64,000 nucleotides of DNA, taken from the NCBI RefSeq assembly GCF_009914755.1, contig NC_060927.1; one strand, given 5' to 3'. Positions 41,583 through 55,405 of this stretch are shown in pieces; position 1 is the stretch's first letter, and every line of letters starts with the position of its first letter. The DNA comes from the human T2T-CHM13v2.0 reference genome, Homo sapiens. A program made the position numbers and the translations under genes. The notes below the pieces were generated by a model. That model saw only the letters and a program-made list of their open reading frames with translations, did no database searches and was not told where the DNA came from.

Positions 41583-44202
41583 GTGATGCCTAAAGCACTT
41601 TTAATTCTGGTATAGAAGTTAAAAAACAATAACATTTTTTAAATTATGTTATAAAATTATATTAATGGGTACACAATACATAAAGATGTAATTTATGACA
41701 TTAATTACATAAAGTGAGGGTAGAGAGATGTGAAAGAGTAGTTTTTGTACACAATTGGAGTTGTTACCAGCTTAAAATAAGAATGTTATAACTATAAGAT
41801 GTTTTATTTAAAGCCCATGGTAACCACAGAGAAAATGCCTATAGAAAATACACAAAATAAAATGAAAAAGAAATCAAAGCATGACAATCAGAAAATCAAC
41901 AAAACACAAAGTGTAGTATCAAGAGAGGAAAAGAGGAACAGAACAGCTACAAGACAGATAGAAACAATAGTAATAGTAAGTTTTACTTTCTCAATAGTTT
42001 CTTCAAATGTAAATTATTAAACTCCACAATCAAAAGACAGAATAACTGAATGAATTAAAGAAAAACAACAAGATCCATCTATATGCGGTCTACAAGAGAC
42101 TTACCTTAAATGTAGACATAGGCTGAAAGTGAAAAGTCGAAAAATGATAGTCCATGCAAATAGTAACCACAAGAGAGCAAGGGTAATCATACTTATATCA
42201 GACAAAATAGAACTTAAGTCAAAAACTGTCACAAGAGACAATGAAGAACACTATATTATTATTTTATTATATAAGAATTAAAGTCTTTCAACAGGAAAAT
42301 AAAACAATTATAAATATACAGACAACTAATATTACGACATCCAAATATATGAAGCAAAAATTGATGAAAATTTAAGGAAGAAATAGACAGCAACACAGTA
42401 ATAGTAGGAAATTTCAATACCCCACAACTTTTGACAATGACTCAAATAATCAGGTGGATAATCAATAAGGAAACACAAGACTTAAATAAAACTACAGATC
42501 AATTGGACCTAACAGACATATATAGAACAGTCCATCCAGCAGCAGAAGAATATACATTCTTGTGAAGCACACATGGAATATTTTCCAGGTTAGATTATAT
42601 GTCAGACCACAAAGCAAGTCTTAACAAATTAAAGAAGATTGATATCAAATTAAGTATCTTTTCTGACTACAACAAAATAAAACTAGAAATAAAAAGTAGT
42701 AGGAAAACTGGAAAATTTACAAATATGTGGAAATTAAGCAATATACTTTAACAACCAAAGGGTCAAAGAAATTACAAGAAAATATCTTGAGGCCAGTGAC
42801 AACAAAAACACAACGTACAAAACAAGATACAGCAAAAGCGGCACTAAAAGGGAAGTTTATAACATGTCTACTTTAAACTAGAAAAAAATCTCAAATCAAA
42901 AATTTAACTTTACATCTCAAGAAACTAGAAAAAAAAGAACAAACTAAACCCAAAGTTAGCAAAAGAAAGAAAATGATAAAAATTAGAGCAGAAATAAAGG
43001 AGCAAACAGAAAAACAATAGGAAAGAACAAGAAAACTAAGAGTTGGACTTTTATAAGACCAAAAAATTGATAAGTCTTTAGCTAGATTAGCTAAGAAAAG
43101 CAGAGAGAGATTCAAATAACTAAAATTAGAAATAAAGAAGGAAACATTACAACTGATACCACAGCAATAAAAAAGATTATAAAGGCTTACTATCAATAAT
43201 TATACACCAACAAATTGGATAACCTAGAAGAAATGAATAAATTTCTAGAATATACAATCTACCAGGACTGATTTATGAATAAATAAAAAATCTGAACAGA
43301 GCTATAACTAATAAGGAAATTTAATCAATAATCGAAAACCTCCAAACATAAAGCCCCGAACCAGATGGCTTCACTGGAAAATTCTATGAAACATTCAAAG
43401 AATCAATGTCAATTTTTTTCAAACTCTTCTTGAAAATAAGGAGAAGGGAAGATTTCCAAACTCATTTTATGAGACCAGCATTACCCTGATGCCAAAGTCA
43501 GACAAAGATACCACAAGAAAGAAAATTATAGAGCAATATTTCTGATGGATATTAATGCAGAAACTTCAGCAAAATACTAGCAAACTCATCACCTCAATTG
43601 ATGAATAAAAAGCATTTAACAAAATTAAAAATTATTTCATGATAAAAAATAACCATCAAACTAGGAATAGAAGAAAATTACATCAACATAATAAAGATCA
43701 TATATGAAAAGCCCACAGCTAACATCATATGCAATGGTGAAAAACATAGCTTTTCCTCTAAGATTAGGAACAAGGCAAGGATGCCCACTTTCACCACTTC
43801 TATTTAGCACAGTACTGGAAGTTCTAGCCAGAGCAATTAGACAGAAAAAAGAAATAAAAGACACAGAAATTGGAAAGAAAGAAGTAAATTATCTCTGTTC
43901 ATAGATGACACGATCTTATATGCAGAAAATCCTAAAGATTCCACACAAAAATACTGTTAGAATTAAAAATAAAAAAATTCAGCAAAGTTGCAGGATACGA
44001 AATCAACACTCAATAATCAATTGTGTTTCTATACACTAAAAACGAGCAATTAAAAAAATAAATTTAAAAAGAAATTAGGAAATAAGCACTTCAAAAATGA
44101 AATTAGTAAACAGTGTGGACATTCCTCAAAAAATTACAAATAAAACTATCACACGACTAGCAATGCCACCTCTAGGGCACACATCCAAAATTTGATGCAA
44201 TC

Positions 44203-44315
44203 AGGTGCAGCAAAATCTCACAAATCACCACTAAAGGACGTACTCATGCAACCAAATACCACCTGTACCCCAACAACTTATGAAAAAACTAAATAAATAA
44301 ATAAATAAATTTTTT
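44203..44315 (+). mobile_element. Very short L1PB1 3'-end insertion
   Basis: aaaatctcacaaatcaccactaaag...(taaa)n tail; TSD aaaat(tt/c)gatgcaatc at 44187-44202 and 44317-44331. Confidence 0.8.
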
Positions 44316-44380
44316 AAAAATCGATGCAATCCCATTTACAACAGCATCAAAAAGAAATAAAGTTAACAAGGAGACAAAAA

Positions 44381-44711
44381 GGATGTGAGGGTGATCTCAC
44401 TGCAACATCTGTCACCCCATTGATTGCCAGCGTTGATTTGGCTGATCCAGCTGGATAGGCAGGTGTCTCTTTTCTCCCTCACTGCTCCATGTGCATCTCT
44501 CTTGAAGCTGCGCACTGGTCGAAGGGGACGACCATCACCCATAGAGAAGTACTGGTCTTCAGTCAAGGGTATACAAGAAGCTGCATTCTCCTGTTAGAAC
44601 CTCCAAACAAGCTCTCAAGGTCCATTTGTAGGAGAATGTAGGGTAGTCAAGCTTCCAAGACTCCAGACACTTCCAAATGAGGTGCTGCATATAGCAGTCT
44701 GCCTTTCTTTT
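44381..44711 (+). pseudogene. RN7SKP: Full-length 7SK snRNA retropseudogene
   Basis: ggatgtgagggtgatct...acatctgtcaccccattgat ... ccaaacaagctctcaaggtccatttgtaggagaa ... gcagtctgcctttctttt. A-rich tail 44713-44727; TSD acaaggagacaaaa at 44366-44379 and 44728-44741. Confidence 0.97.
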
Positions 44712-45254
44712 GAAAAAACAAAAAAACACAAGGAGACAAAAGACTTGCACAATGAAAACTATAAAACGATGCTAAAATAAATAAAAGAAGACATAAATAA
44801 ATGGAAAGACATCCTATGTTCATGAATTGGAAGACTTCATTTTGTGAAAATGTCTGTACTGCCCAAAGTAATCTACAGATTCAATCCAATCCCTATTGAA
44901 AGCTTAATCACATTTTTTGCAGAAATAAAAGGAATATCCCAAAATTTCTATGGAATCTCAAAGGACCCCAAATAGCCAAAATAATCTTGAGAAAGAAGAA
45001 CAAAGCTGAAGGCTTCACACTTCCTCACTTCAAAGCATATTACAAAGCTACAGTAATCAAATATTTACATAATATTTTAAGTGTATATTATCATAATAAC
45101 ATAATCAAATATTTACATAAAGCCAAACATATAGACCAATGGAACAGAAAAGAAAGCCCAAAAATAAATCCATAGGTCAAATCATAGCAAGGGTGCCAAG
45201 ACAACACAACAGAGAAAGCATATTGTCTTCAACAAATAGTAGTTAAAAAATACT

Positions 45255-47780
45255 TAGTTAGCCAGGCTAACTAAGAAAAAAAAAAATGGAGTGAACACAA
45301 GTCACTAATAACAGAAATGAAAGAAAGACATTACTAAAAATCCTATGAACATTAAAATAATAATAAAAGAGTACTATTAATGACTCTATGTCCACAAATT
45401 TGATAACTTAATTGAAGTGGATCAATTCGTAGAAAGACACAATCTGTCAAAACTTACACAAGAAGAAATAGACCATTGGAATAGGCGTTTATCTATTAAA
45501 GAAATTAAATCAATAATTTATAACCTTCCAAAACAGAAAGAACCAGGCCTAGATGGGTTCACTGGTGAATTCTAGCAAGGATTTAGGAAGAAATACCAAT
45601 TCTCTACAATCTCTTTCAGAAGACAGAAGCAGAGGGAATACTTCCTAGTTCATTTTATGAGGTCAGTGTTACCTTAATGCAAAAACCAAAGATATAAGAA
45701 AATAAAACTACAGACCAATATCTGTTATGAACATAGATGCAAAATTCCTCAACAAAATATTAAGAAATCAAACCTAACAATGTATGAAAAGAATTATACA
45801 CCACAACCAAGTGAGATTTATTGTAAGTATGCAAACATTGTTTGGCAGTAGAAAACCAATTAATGCAATACATCATATCAACAGGCTAAAGAAGAAAAAA
45901 CACACAATAGATGTAGAAAAAGCATTTGACAAAACCCAACACCCATTCATGATTTTTTGAAATCTCTCAGTGAATTAGGAATAGAACTTCCTCAAAAACT
46001 CTACAGCTAACATACTTAATGGTGAGAAAATGTCAGTTTTCTCACTAAGATCAGGAACAAGCCAAGGAAGTCCCCTCTCATCATTCTGTTTCAACATTGT
46101 ACTTAAAGTCCTAACTAGTGTAATAAGAAAAGGAAATAACTAACTACAAATAGCAGTTAAAAAATTCAATTTCTATATTAAAAAGAATGAAGATGAACTC
46201 TTACCTTACACCAGGAAATAAAAGCTACACTGATTAAGAGTAAATAAATAAAACTGTCTTGCTGAAATAAATAAAAGAAGACATAAATTAATAGAAAGAC
46301 ATCATATGTTCATGAATTGGAAGACTTAATTTTGTTAAAATGTCCATACTACCCAAAGTAACCTACAGATTCAATGCAATCCCTATCAAAAGTTCAATCA
46401 TAATTTTTGCAGGAAAAAAAAGGAATATCCTAAAATTAATATGAACTCTCAAAGGACCCCAAATATCCAAAATAATCTTGAGAAAGAAGAAAAGCTGGAG
46501 GCCTCACACTTCCTGTCTTCAAAGCATGTTACAAAGCTACAGTAGTCAAACCAGTTCACAGGTAACATGACTGTCTATGAAGAAAATCCAAAAAAACTCA
46601 CAAAAAAAAAAAAAAACCCTGGAACCAAAAGGCAATTTTAACAAGGTGGCAGGATACAAGGTTAATACAAAAAAGTCAATCACTTTCCTTTATGTCAGCA
46701 ATGAACAAGTAAAATTAAAAATTAAAAAATAATGCCATTTACATAAGCACCTCTTAAAAATAAAATACGTAGGTATAAATCTAATAAAATATGTATACGA
46801 TCTATATGAGGAAAACTTCCAAACTCTGATCAAACAAATCAAAAGAGCTAAAGAAGTGAAGAGATATTTTTGTTTTGGAGGGTAGGAAGACCCAATAGTG
46901 TCATGATGTCAGTTCTTCTCAAGTTGATCTATAGATTTAATGAAATCACAGTCAAAATTCCAGCAAGTTATTTTGTAGCTATTAACAAACTTATTCTAAA
47001 GTTTACATATAGAGGCGAAAGGCACAGAATAACCAACACAATATTAAAGGAAGACTGATACTACCTGACCTCATGACATTATAAAGATTCTGTAATCAAG
47101 ACAGTGTGGTACTGGTGACAGAATAGATAAATATATCAATTTAACAGAATGGAAAGCCTAGAAATAAGCCCACATAAATATAAGTAACTAATCTTTGACA
47201 AAGGAGAAAAGACAGTACAGTGGAGCAAAGATAGTCTTTTCAATAAATGGTGCTGGAAAAATTGAACATCCAAATGCAAAAAATAAAATAAAATGAATCT
47301 ACAGACACACCTTACACCCGTCACAAAAATTAACTCAAGATGCCTCATAGACCTAGATTTAAAATGCAAAACTATAAAACTCCTACAAGATTATATAGGA
47401 GAAAATCTAGATAACCTTGGGTTTGGTGATGACTTTTTAGATACATCAAAGGCATGATCCATGAAAGGAAGAATTTATAAGCTGGACTTTATTAAAGTTA
47501 AAAAATTTTGATATGAAGGACACTGTCAAGAGAATGAAAAAACAAGCCAAAAGACTGGGAGAAATATTTACAAAAGACGTAGTTGATAAAGGACTGTCGT
47601 TCAAAACATAACAAAGATACTCAACAGTAAGAACACAAACAACCCAATTTAAAAATATTGCAAAGACTCTAATAGACACTTCACCAAAGAAGATGCACAG
47701 ATGGCAAATAAGCACATGAAACGATCCACATCATAAGTCATCAGGGAAATAGAAATTAAAACAACAATGAGATATCCCAA
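45255..47780 (+). mobile_element. Second old L1 (L1MB/MC-type) ORF2 segment with interleaved foreign L1 pieces
   Basis: ORF2 restarts at an upstream position (agccaggctaactaagaaaa...) and runs to aaaacaacaatgagata. Confidence 0.7.
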
Positions 47781-48296
47781 TTTAAAAAATAGTTGTTTCC
47801 CTGGTAATAGGGGAAGAGATGGTAAAGAGGTGGGGCCTTGAGAAGTTTAGATTCACAACTTATTCTTCCTTGAGTATTTTAATACTTAGTGGCTTTTAGG
47901 TAGAAAAATCCAGTTATTTATTTGAACTGAAAATATTTATCATAATCTTATAGCATGTACCAGAAAATAATAAGTTTATTTATTTTGACATCATTCTTTT
48001 TGTCCTTTAAAAAAAAAACAGGAAAATAAAATCCAGGAAAAAAATATACCACAACTTGATATTCCCTTAAATGATTGAGTAGGAGAAAACACTGGGGTGG
48101 GGGGTGGCACCTAATAAGTTTTTTTCACAGTTACATCGTATAGCTGCAAAATCAAACATCAGTGAGCACGTGGAAGATTTGATTCCACCTGGCTATTATA
48201 CAAGACTACTGCATGTTTTCCTGTCACTACTGGCACATTTATTAGGCCTGATCTCCCACACATTCTTATCACCTTTATCCTGCTTATAATCTACTT

Positions 48297-48786
48297 TGTG
48301 CTGCTCCACTTACTCCTCTCCAGCTGTTGTCCACCCTTCTCTGTCCTGCTCTGGGCCCCAGCAGGCTGGACTTTGTGGAATGCATTTCCCAGGTTCGTTT
48401 GCCCTCTGGCTTCTGATTGGATTTGACAAATGGAGTTACCAGCAAGCAACTGAAGGGCAGAGGGAAGAAATTATGTGTTTATTCCCTGGCTCCATCCCCA
48501 CTGGACAATAGTTAGACATGGTCTCTGTTTTTCTACCCAAGGTCACATTGCCTTTTGGGAAGGTCCTCTCCAGCAGCTATAGCTCTTGCCAACTTCACAT
48601 CACCACTAACCCTTTGCCTGTCAGGAAAGGCAATGTCTTCCCACTGATTTTGATCCTATAGTGCCTTGCTACTCTTTGTTAGTGCCCTTCACCCTATCTA
48701 CATCTTTGCAAACACCTCTTCGTTAAATTCTCCTAAATTATAATTGCTTGCACCATCTGTTCCCTGCAGGACTCTGACCAATCCAC
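48297..48786 (+). mobile_element. LTR33-family ERVL LTR
   Basis: tccacccttctctgtcctgctctgggcccc...tgccctctggcttctgattggatttg ... ccatctgttccctgcaggactctgac. Confidence 0.75.
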
Positions 48787-49689
48787 CACTGTTAAGATAA
48801 ACTGAGCACAAAGCCACTTCAACAAAGTATTTGAGTAGCAAACAACAACTTTTTTCATATGTTCATGGAGCAAGCTCCAAGTTAGAATGAATATCTGTCT
48901 CCACATTGCATACTAGGCTTCCTAATTAATCTATCGCATCATTTCCAATTTGTGTTATGAAAGCTTGTGCTAAACAGAAACTTTAAAGAGATCTGTGTTG
49001 TGAGATCCTGCCACAGACGGCAGAGTCTGCATAAAAGAAGAGCTATTCCAACATAAAAACAGAATAGGGGTGGCAGAGAGGCCCCACTGGAGGGAGCCAG
49101 CCTTCAGCAGGTGGTGTCAGGGAGGGTCAGAACCAATTGCGAGAGGTTAATTTGGGTTGCTCTGAATGGCCGACCCCAAGAAGATAGTTCAGGATAGGTG
49201 ATGCCCACAAGTAATTGGGCAGAGGAGGATTCTCATGGTGATTAATTAAAGTCTTGGCCCCTGACTCCTGTAAACTCACAAGGAAAATTAAATTTCCCAC
49301 TAGATTCCTCCCCTGCCTGGGGACAGAAAAGCCCGTTGTTCAGCCCCTCAGGATGCAGGCAGGCAAAAGAATTATTACAAAAAAATATTCAATTACCTGG
49401 GTTCCAAGGGCTGCCTCAACTTTCTCTCCAACTTCAGAGCCTCCGCTAGCCTGCAATAGAGGCAGGGGGAAGAGGGGTGACCTGCACCAAGCCTCCTGCC
49501 TCATGCTGGGCACTTTACACACCTTCTTTCGTGAAAGATGACACTCTATATTACCCCGAAGGATAGATATACACAGAGGGAGCCACTGACCTTCCTGATG
49601 AAACAGGCATCAAGAGGCAAAGCCATCCTGGTTAATATTCCAGGGTCATAGAAGGTTATCCTGCCTTACTTAATTTATTTAACAAAATA

Positions 49690-50070
49690 CAGCAAGGAGG
49701 TTTGGGGGACGGAAGCGGGGAAAGGATAAACAGGTGAATAGGTGAAGCACAGGGGATATTAAGGGCAGTGAAACTATTCTCTATGAAACTGTAATGGGAG
49801 ATACATGTCTTTATGCATTTGTCAAAACCCATAGAACTATACAACTCAAAGAGTCAACCTTAATGTAATCTATGGGTTATAGTCAATAGTAATGTATTAA
49901 TAATGGTTTAATTGTAACATATGTACCACACTAATGCAAGGTGTTTCTAGTAGGGAAATTGTGTTCTTTGGGTGGAGGGGAGTGGAAGGATGAGTATATG
50001 GAACTCTCTATACTATCTGCTCAATTGTCCTGTAAATCTAAAACTGTACTTAAAAACAGCCTATTGGTTA
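49690..50070 (+). mobile_element. L1M (ME/MD-type) 3' UTR fragment
   Basis: agggcagtgaaactattctctatga...tgcatttgtcaaaacccatagaac...tgtaaatctaaaactg. Confidence 0.8.
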
Positions 50071-50619
50071 TAAAATATGATGATGGTGATGATAATGCCA
50101 CCCACTGAGCACCTACCCATCTTTATTGCCTTGGAGTGCATCTTGCCCTTCTCCCATCGGAGGTATAGGAGGCATTGTAGCTAGGTCTATTTGGCTGATC
50201 TGGACATGCCAAGCATGGGGATGGCCCAATGTTAAAGTGTCCAGCTACAGTTCAGTGTCACAATATACTAAGAACTCAATGAAAAAGGGGGCAGTAAACC
50301 TCCTGATGAAACACCTCTAAATTAAGGGCAAAGGCCATGGTAGCAAGAAGACTCCTCCCTGACAATATCACTAGCAGTCAGCAGAAATTGGGAAGGGCTG
50401 TGACATGCTCACAGTTATTTTTTTTTTTTGTCTTTTAATGTGTATGCGTATCATCATGAGTGAATACTTCTGAGGTAAGAAGGAGGTAACTATATCCAGA
50501 CTTCCATGATGTAATGCTTATCACGGCATTCTAAAAATGCCTTAAGATACTAGGAACCTAAGATTTTCTACGCCATTCCAAGAACCCAAGGAATCAAGCT
50601 TCTGAAAAGGGTGTGGGAT

Positions 50620-51630
50620 TACTGTGGGTTCTCAGGAGGGCAAAGCGTGAGACCTGGGAGCATAGTGTTTTAGGGAGGTGATCCCAGGAAGCAGAAGTGA
50701 GGGAGCGAGGGAGGCAGGAGAAGGAGGAAGGCCAACAGCAGCAGGGTAAAAGGGCCTGATAGCTGGCAACTGGTAGCTGATGACAATCTCCACGGAATAT
50801 CAAAAATAATCAGACCAGCCACTTATAGTGGAACAAAATAAAAGGAAAGCACCCACAATCATGACTGAACACAAAGACAAGGACACCGAGGAGCCACAGA
50901 AATAATCAAATATCTCCTTCTTTCTAATATGAATGTGTTCGGCCTCTTTATCAACAACAACCCTAGCTCCACTTCATCAGTCCTGCCTCTTAGATAAAAA
51001 TTATTAAAATATCCAGTCATCAAATTCCCCTAATACCCCATTCAGCACTCAATTCAGGGAATAAAAAAACTTACTGCCTACAATCCTCTTCAAAATCACC
51101 CAGCACAAGTCTACCTTAACTCTTTATTACAACTCCCCATGGTATGGTTCTCCCTCATTGCAGCAAACTGTAAACCCTTACCTTGTTTGACTTCAGATAG
51201 GTCCTGTGGCCTTTGGCTGATGGACGTTTATACTACTGTGTATTTGTGAGTATATTAGTGAGTTAATCACCAATGCGGGCAACTGGGGATCAATCCCATG
51301 TGGACCACGGAGAAACTGCCTAGAACACATCCCAGAATTGTGCTACCAGAAGATGGAGAGACTGAAGAATCCATCTGGGACTCCCATTCTCCTTTACTTG
51401 AAAGTTTCTCCTGGGGCATTAACTCCTCTACATTTTTGGATTGTGCCTGCCTGAGGCTGAGTGACCTTTCACAGCATCAGAGGACTCCCAGGGACAGGAA
51501 CACAGAGAAACACCTTGAGTTGTGCTCCTAGTACACTCATTGTGGGTCTTATGAAGTGCATGGAATTGTCCACCAGACATGTCCCAATACTAGGTGGTCC
51601 AAGGGGGTATGGTGCCATGCAAACTTCTGC
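50620..51630 (-). mobile_element. LTR16-like LTR split by a ~450-bp MER89/MER90-like LTR (~50780-51230, + strand)
   Basis: gggaggtgatcccaggaagcag resumes as gggcaactggggatcaatccc after the insert; the insert ends gtggcctttggctgatggac. Confidence 0.55.
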
Positions 51631-51759
51631 CACAGGTGTCCTGGTACTCATGATAATCATGATTTTACTGATACAAAAAACAAGACTCAAAGAGATTAGA
51701 AGTGTTGAACTAGGCCACATAGCTGTTTGCTCAATATTAAAAAAAACCAGCATTGCTGA

Positions 51760-52058
51760 GGTTAGGCATGGTGGCTCACACTTGTAATCCCAGCACATTG
51801 GGAGGCAGAAGCAGAAAGATCACTTCAGCCCAGGAGTTTGAGACCAGCCTGGGAAAGATGGCAAAACCCTGTCTCTACAAAAAACATAAAAATTAGCCAG
51901 GTGGCTACATGGTGGCATGCACCTGTAGTTCCAGCTACTCCAGAGGCTGAGTGGGGTGGATCACTTGAGCCTGAGAGGTAAAGTCTCCAGCAAGCCATAA
52001 TCATGCCACTTCACTCCAACCTGGGCAACAGAGTGAAACCCTCTCTTGAAAAAAAAAA
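51760..52058 (+). mobile_element. AluJ
   Basis: Diverged dimeric Alu with A tail. Confidence 0.88.
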
Positions 52059-52781
52059 TTATTTGCTAAAATTTTTCTGTCAGAGACACATTTTTGCTCT
52101 TTTTGTTAGATGCATTTCTATGATATTGTAAATAAGAGGGAATGTGTTAAGTCCCACTTCTCACCCTGTCAAGTAGTAGAATGGGGTTTGTGAGTTACCT
52201 GCTACTGCAAGCCATCTTAAGGAATATGCAGAATCACATGGAGCAATGGTTTGCAAACTCTTTTTTAGTCGCGGAACCCTTTTCTTCTTCAGGGGAAATC
52301 TTATGAGAAACACATAGCACAGATGAAAGTCCAGAGCTTCCCCTACTTGAGACGTACCCCATGGCCTCAGTCAGCTTCTGAGGCCCCTCCAGGAATGCCC
52401 AGGACTCTATAGAGCACAGAAGTAAATCAGGAGTAAATAACAGAATATTGGAGTTCTAGGCACCTACACCAGGCTGACCTCTATCAGCCTGTTACACTGA
52501 GCTATTCATGTCACCATTCAGGGTTTTGCTGCCTTATCTATGAGATGGTGCTCCTTTGGCGCTAGGATTCCAGTTTCTTTATTACATTGTAGAAATACTT
52601 CATATATCAACCTTTGATTGAAGGTTAGCCCCAACCCTGCTAACATGATTCACAGCTAATCCTACTCATCCTTCAAATACAAAACTCAACTGTTTCCATA
52701 GTCCCCATGCATCAGTAGCACCTGCTGTAACAACTACTCTCCTTTATTGTTTATTTGTTGAAACACATTTTCTTGTCCCCC

Positions 52782-53498
52782 TGCTACCAGCAGGGGTGCA
52801 TGGTCCTTGATCCTGGGAGATTTGGGAGAAAGAATTCAGCCAAGAGACAATTAGTAATGCAAGCAAAAGGTTTATTAAAGACATAAGAGTACACTCCCAA
52901 AGAGGATTGGGCTGATGCAGCTGGAAAACAGCTTCAGGCTGGCCCAGCTGGAAAAATAACAGTAGCAGTGTCATCAAGAAAGTGTTTAAAGAGACAGTAC
53001 GAGAAGAAGTCAGAGTGGGCTGCCTGAAAGAGAGACTGAGCCAGTAGCAGCTAGTGCCACAGGACTCTCTTTATGAGAATCCTACATGATTATTCATGTA
53101 AGGGCATGAGAGGGTGTCACTTGCAAGCACGTTTTAGGAAGTCCCCTTGGACATGCATGCTCTGTGGTTGTCCGTGCTAGTACACACATCGCATGTCTCT
53201 CCAGCATTTAAAATCTCCACCAAGGGGTGTGTTTTTACTACTCTAATGGGCAAAAGGGTACTCTATGTTGAGTTACTGGAGGAGTGTGCATGCTTGACAG
53301 CAGGGAAAGTCCCTACCATGGTTATCTCCAGCAAGGGCCAAATAAGTCCCCTTCGGGGTCAGAGGAGCCCAACCACAAGGCCAGAAGCAGCCAGTGTAGC
53401 CACTGTCTTTTTTTGCTGTCAGTGGGCAGCATCTCTAGGACTTATTTTCCCAGGGACTCCCTTGCCTGCTCATTTCTGGCTGTCTGCCTATTCTAACA
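52782..53498 (-). mobile_element. MER4-group ERV1 solo LTR (MER66/MER73/MER50-like)
   Basis: TG...CA ends (reverse: tgttagaataggcagacagccagaaatgagcagg); tttatt poly(A) signal on minus; TSD cccc. Exact family uncertain. Confidence 0.7.
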
Positions 53499-53699
53499 CC
53501 CCCATGACTCTTATCACATAGCTGAACATAAGGACAAGGCTAAGCAAAATCTTCTGCTCTTGCTTTCAATTTTCCTTGGGAAACAAAGGAAAATCATGGC
53601 AAAGCTACATGATTAATTGCTAAGTATACCGAGCAGGAACTAGAGAGCTTTAGGAGCCCAAAGACCCACGGACACTGGAAAATATAAGGGGAACATTTT

Positions 53700-53900
53700 T
53701 CAACAGTCTACTACATGGATTTAAGGGTAAAATGATATAATGTTTGGGGTTTGCTTAAAAACTCTCCAAAAACATAAAAAGCGGGAGGACTGATGTAACA
53801 AGATTGGCAAAATGTTGCTAGCTATTAAAGCTGGGTCTTAGGTACCTAGAAGTTTATAATGTTCTCTACTTTGGAATATATCTGAAATTTTTCATTATAA
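53700..53900 (+). mobile_element. L1ME/MC 3' end fragment
   Basis: aagattggcaaaatgttg...ctactttggaatatatctgaaatttttcattataaaa. Confidence 0.65.
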
Positions 53901-54524
53901 AAGGGTAGATTTTTACATACACTGTGTATGATGCCCATCTTAAACATTTGGCACGTTATATTGTTTAATCTTTAAAAATGAAGAATCCAAGAGTCAGAGT
54001 GATTAAGTAATTTACTTAAAGAGTGATGAAGATAGGATTTCCCTTGAGCTCTCTGACTCTAAAAAAGGCCCCAAGAGATGGAATTTGAATTTTTCTTTGA
54101 CTTCTAGGAAGGTAAAAATATTCCAGGAGGATAGCAACATGAACAAACCCCAGGATAAGACCCACAAGATGGGACCAACAGTATAAGGAGATGGTTTCAC
54201 AGCTCATAAATATATATATTTTATTATCCAGTTAATACAAGCCAATTGTCTCATCACCTAATCAACCCTGAATAAACTAATAGAGGCAGATCAATGAGGC
54301 TGAAAATCAGGTATTGGAATAGAAGAACAATCAGTTTGAGTATCCAGGGAAATGAAAGTAGGACTTGAAAATACCCCATGAATTGCTCTGTCTCAGCTGT
54401 GTCCTAACTCCAATGTGAGAATGACAGGGACAGGGTACCCTGAAGCTGGATGAGGCAGAGGCTCTGGATCCTCTTAACTTTCCTTTCTCCTTCCTTTTTC
54501 ACTCCCAGCTCCTGGGCAAAAATA

Positions 54525-54890
54525 AAAATAAAAAATAACTTACTAAGCACTCGACAGCATGCTAGGTGCCAGGCTGGATGCCAGAGATTTGGAGGTACAA
54601 TAGACCTGTCCAGCCCTCCAAGAGCTGCAAGGAGGAAGCAGACCCTACATTTCACTATGAAGCAAGAATGGAGCTTAGGTAAACAACTAGAGAGGGCTGC
54701 CCAAGGAAACGTAGGCATGTTTAAGATGTGTTTGGCTGGGAGGTGAAGGTGGGAGGTATTACTGAAAGGTGATAGAAAAGAAGGTTATAAAGGAAGGTAA
54801 AGGATTGCCTTTAGACTTCAGTGCCAGGCAAAGGGTATTGCAAAGCCATTGAGGTTTTTTGAGCAATACAGAGAAGTATCTCATATGCAC
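54525..54890 (-). mobile_element. L2 fragment
   Basis: acttactaagcactcgacagcatgctaggtgccaggctgg, followed by purine-rich L2-like sequence. Confidence 0.55.
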
Positions 54891-55405
54891 TGTGGTAGAT
54901 TACATTTTGAAGGCCAATTTTTTACACCTCCCTATGTCCACACCCTTTCCCACGTGATTTTCCAGTTCCCTGTGTTGACACCAGTGGAGTGTATTTCACC
55001 ACCCCTTGATTTTGGGATCAGCTCTCAAAGTTACCAATGGGATCTGAGCAGATATGTCATGAAGCTGAGGCTTGAAATATGCTTTTGTAGTGGAGTATTC
55101 CTGTGTACTTCTGCCATTGCCATAATAAGGACATGCCCTGGATAGACTGCTGGCCCAGGAAGCATGAGAGACACTGCCCAAGAGACCTACAGACTTGCAG
55201 TGAGAAGTAGAGCTTCCCCAGCTATTGCAGTCAAAGCAGATCCACTCAGCTGTGTTACATCAGTCAATCCTCAGCCAACTCATGATACATGGGCAAACCC
55301 AGCTGAGATCAACAGACACATCCACTAACCTGCAGATGAATGTTCCTGTTGTATATTCCTGAGATTTTTGTGGTTGCTCATTACATGTAATAGCTGACTA
55401 ACACA
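54891..55405 (+). mobile_element. MLT1H/G-type MaLR LTR
   Basis: tgtggtagatta...ggagtgtatttcaccacccctt ... tttttgtggttgctcattacatgtaatagctgactaacaca. Confidence 0.75.

Larger units (their letters stand above)
36520..45250 (+). mobile_element. Old L1M element (5' UTR, ORF1, ORF2) interrupted by MER44, MSTA, an L1PB1 tail and a 7SK copy
   Basis: ORF1-like sequence at 37460-38390; endonuclease-like sequence from ~41990; RT motif [26 protein letters not shown] at 43704-43904. Confidence 0.75.
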
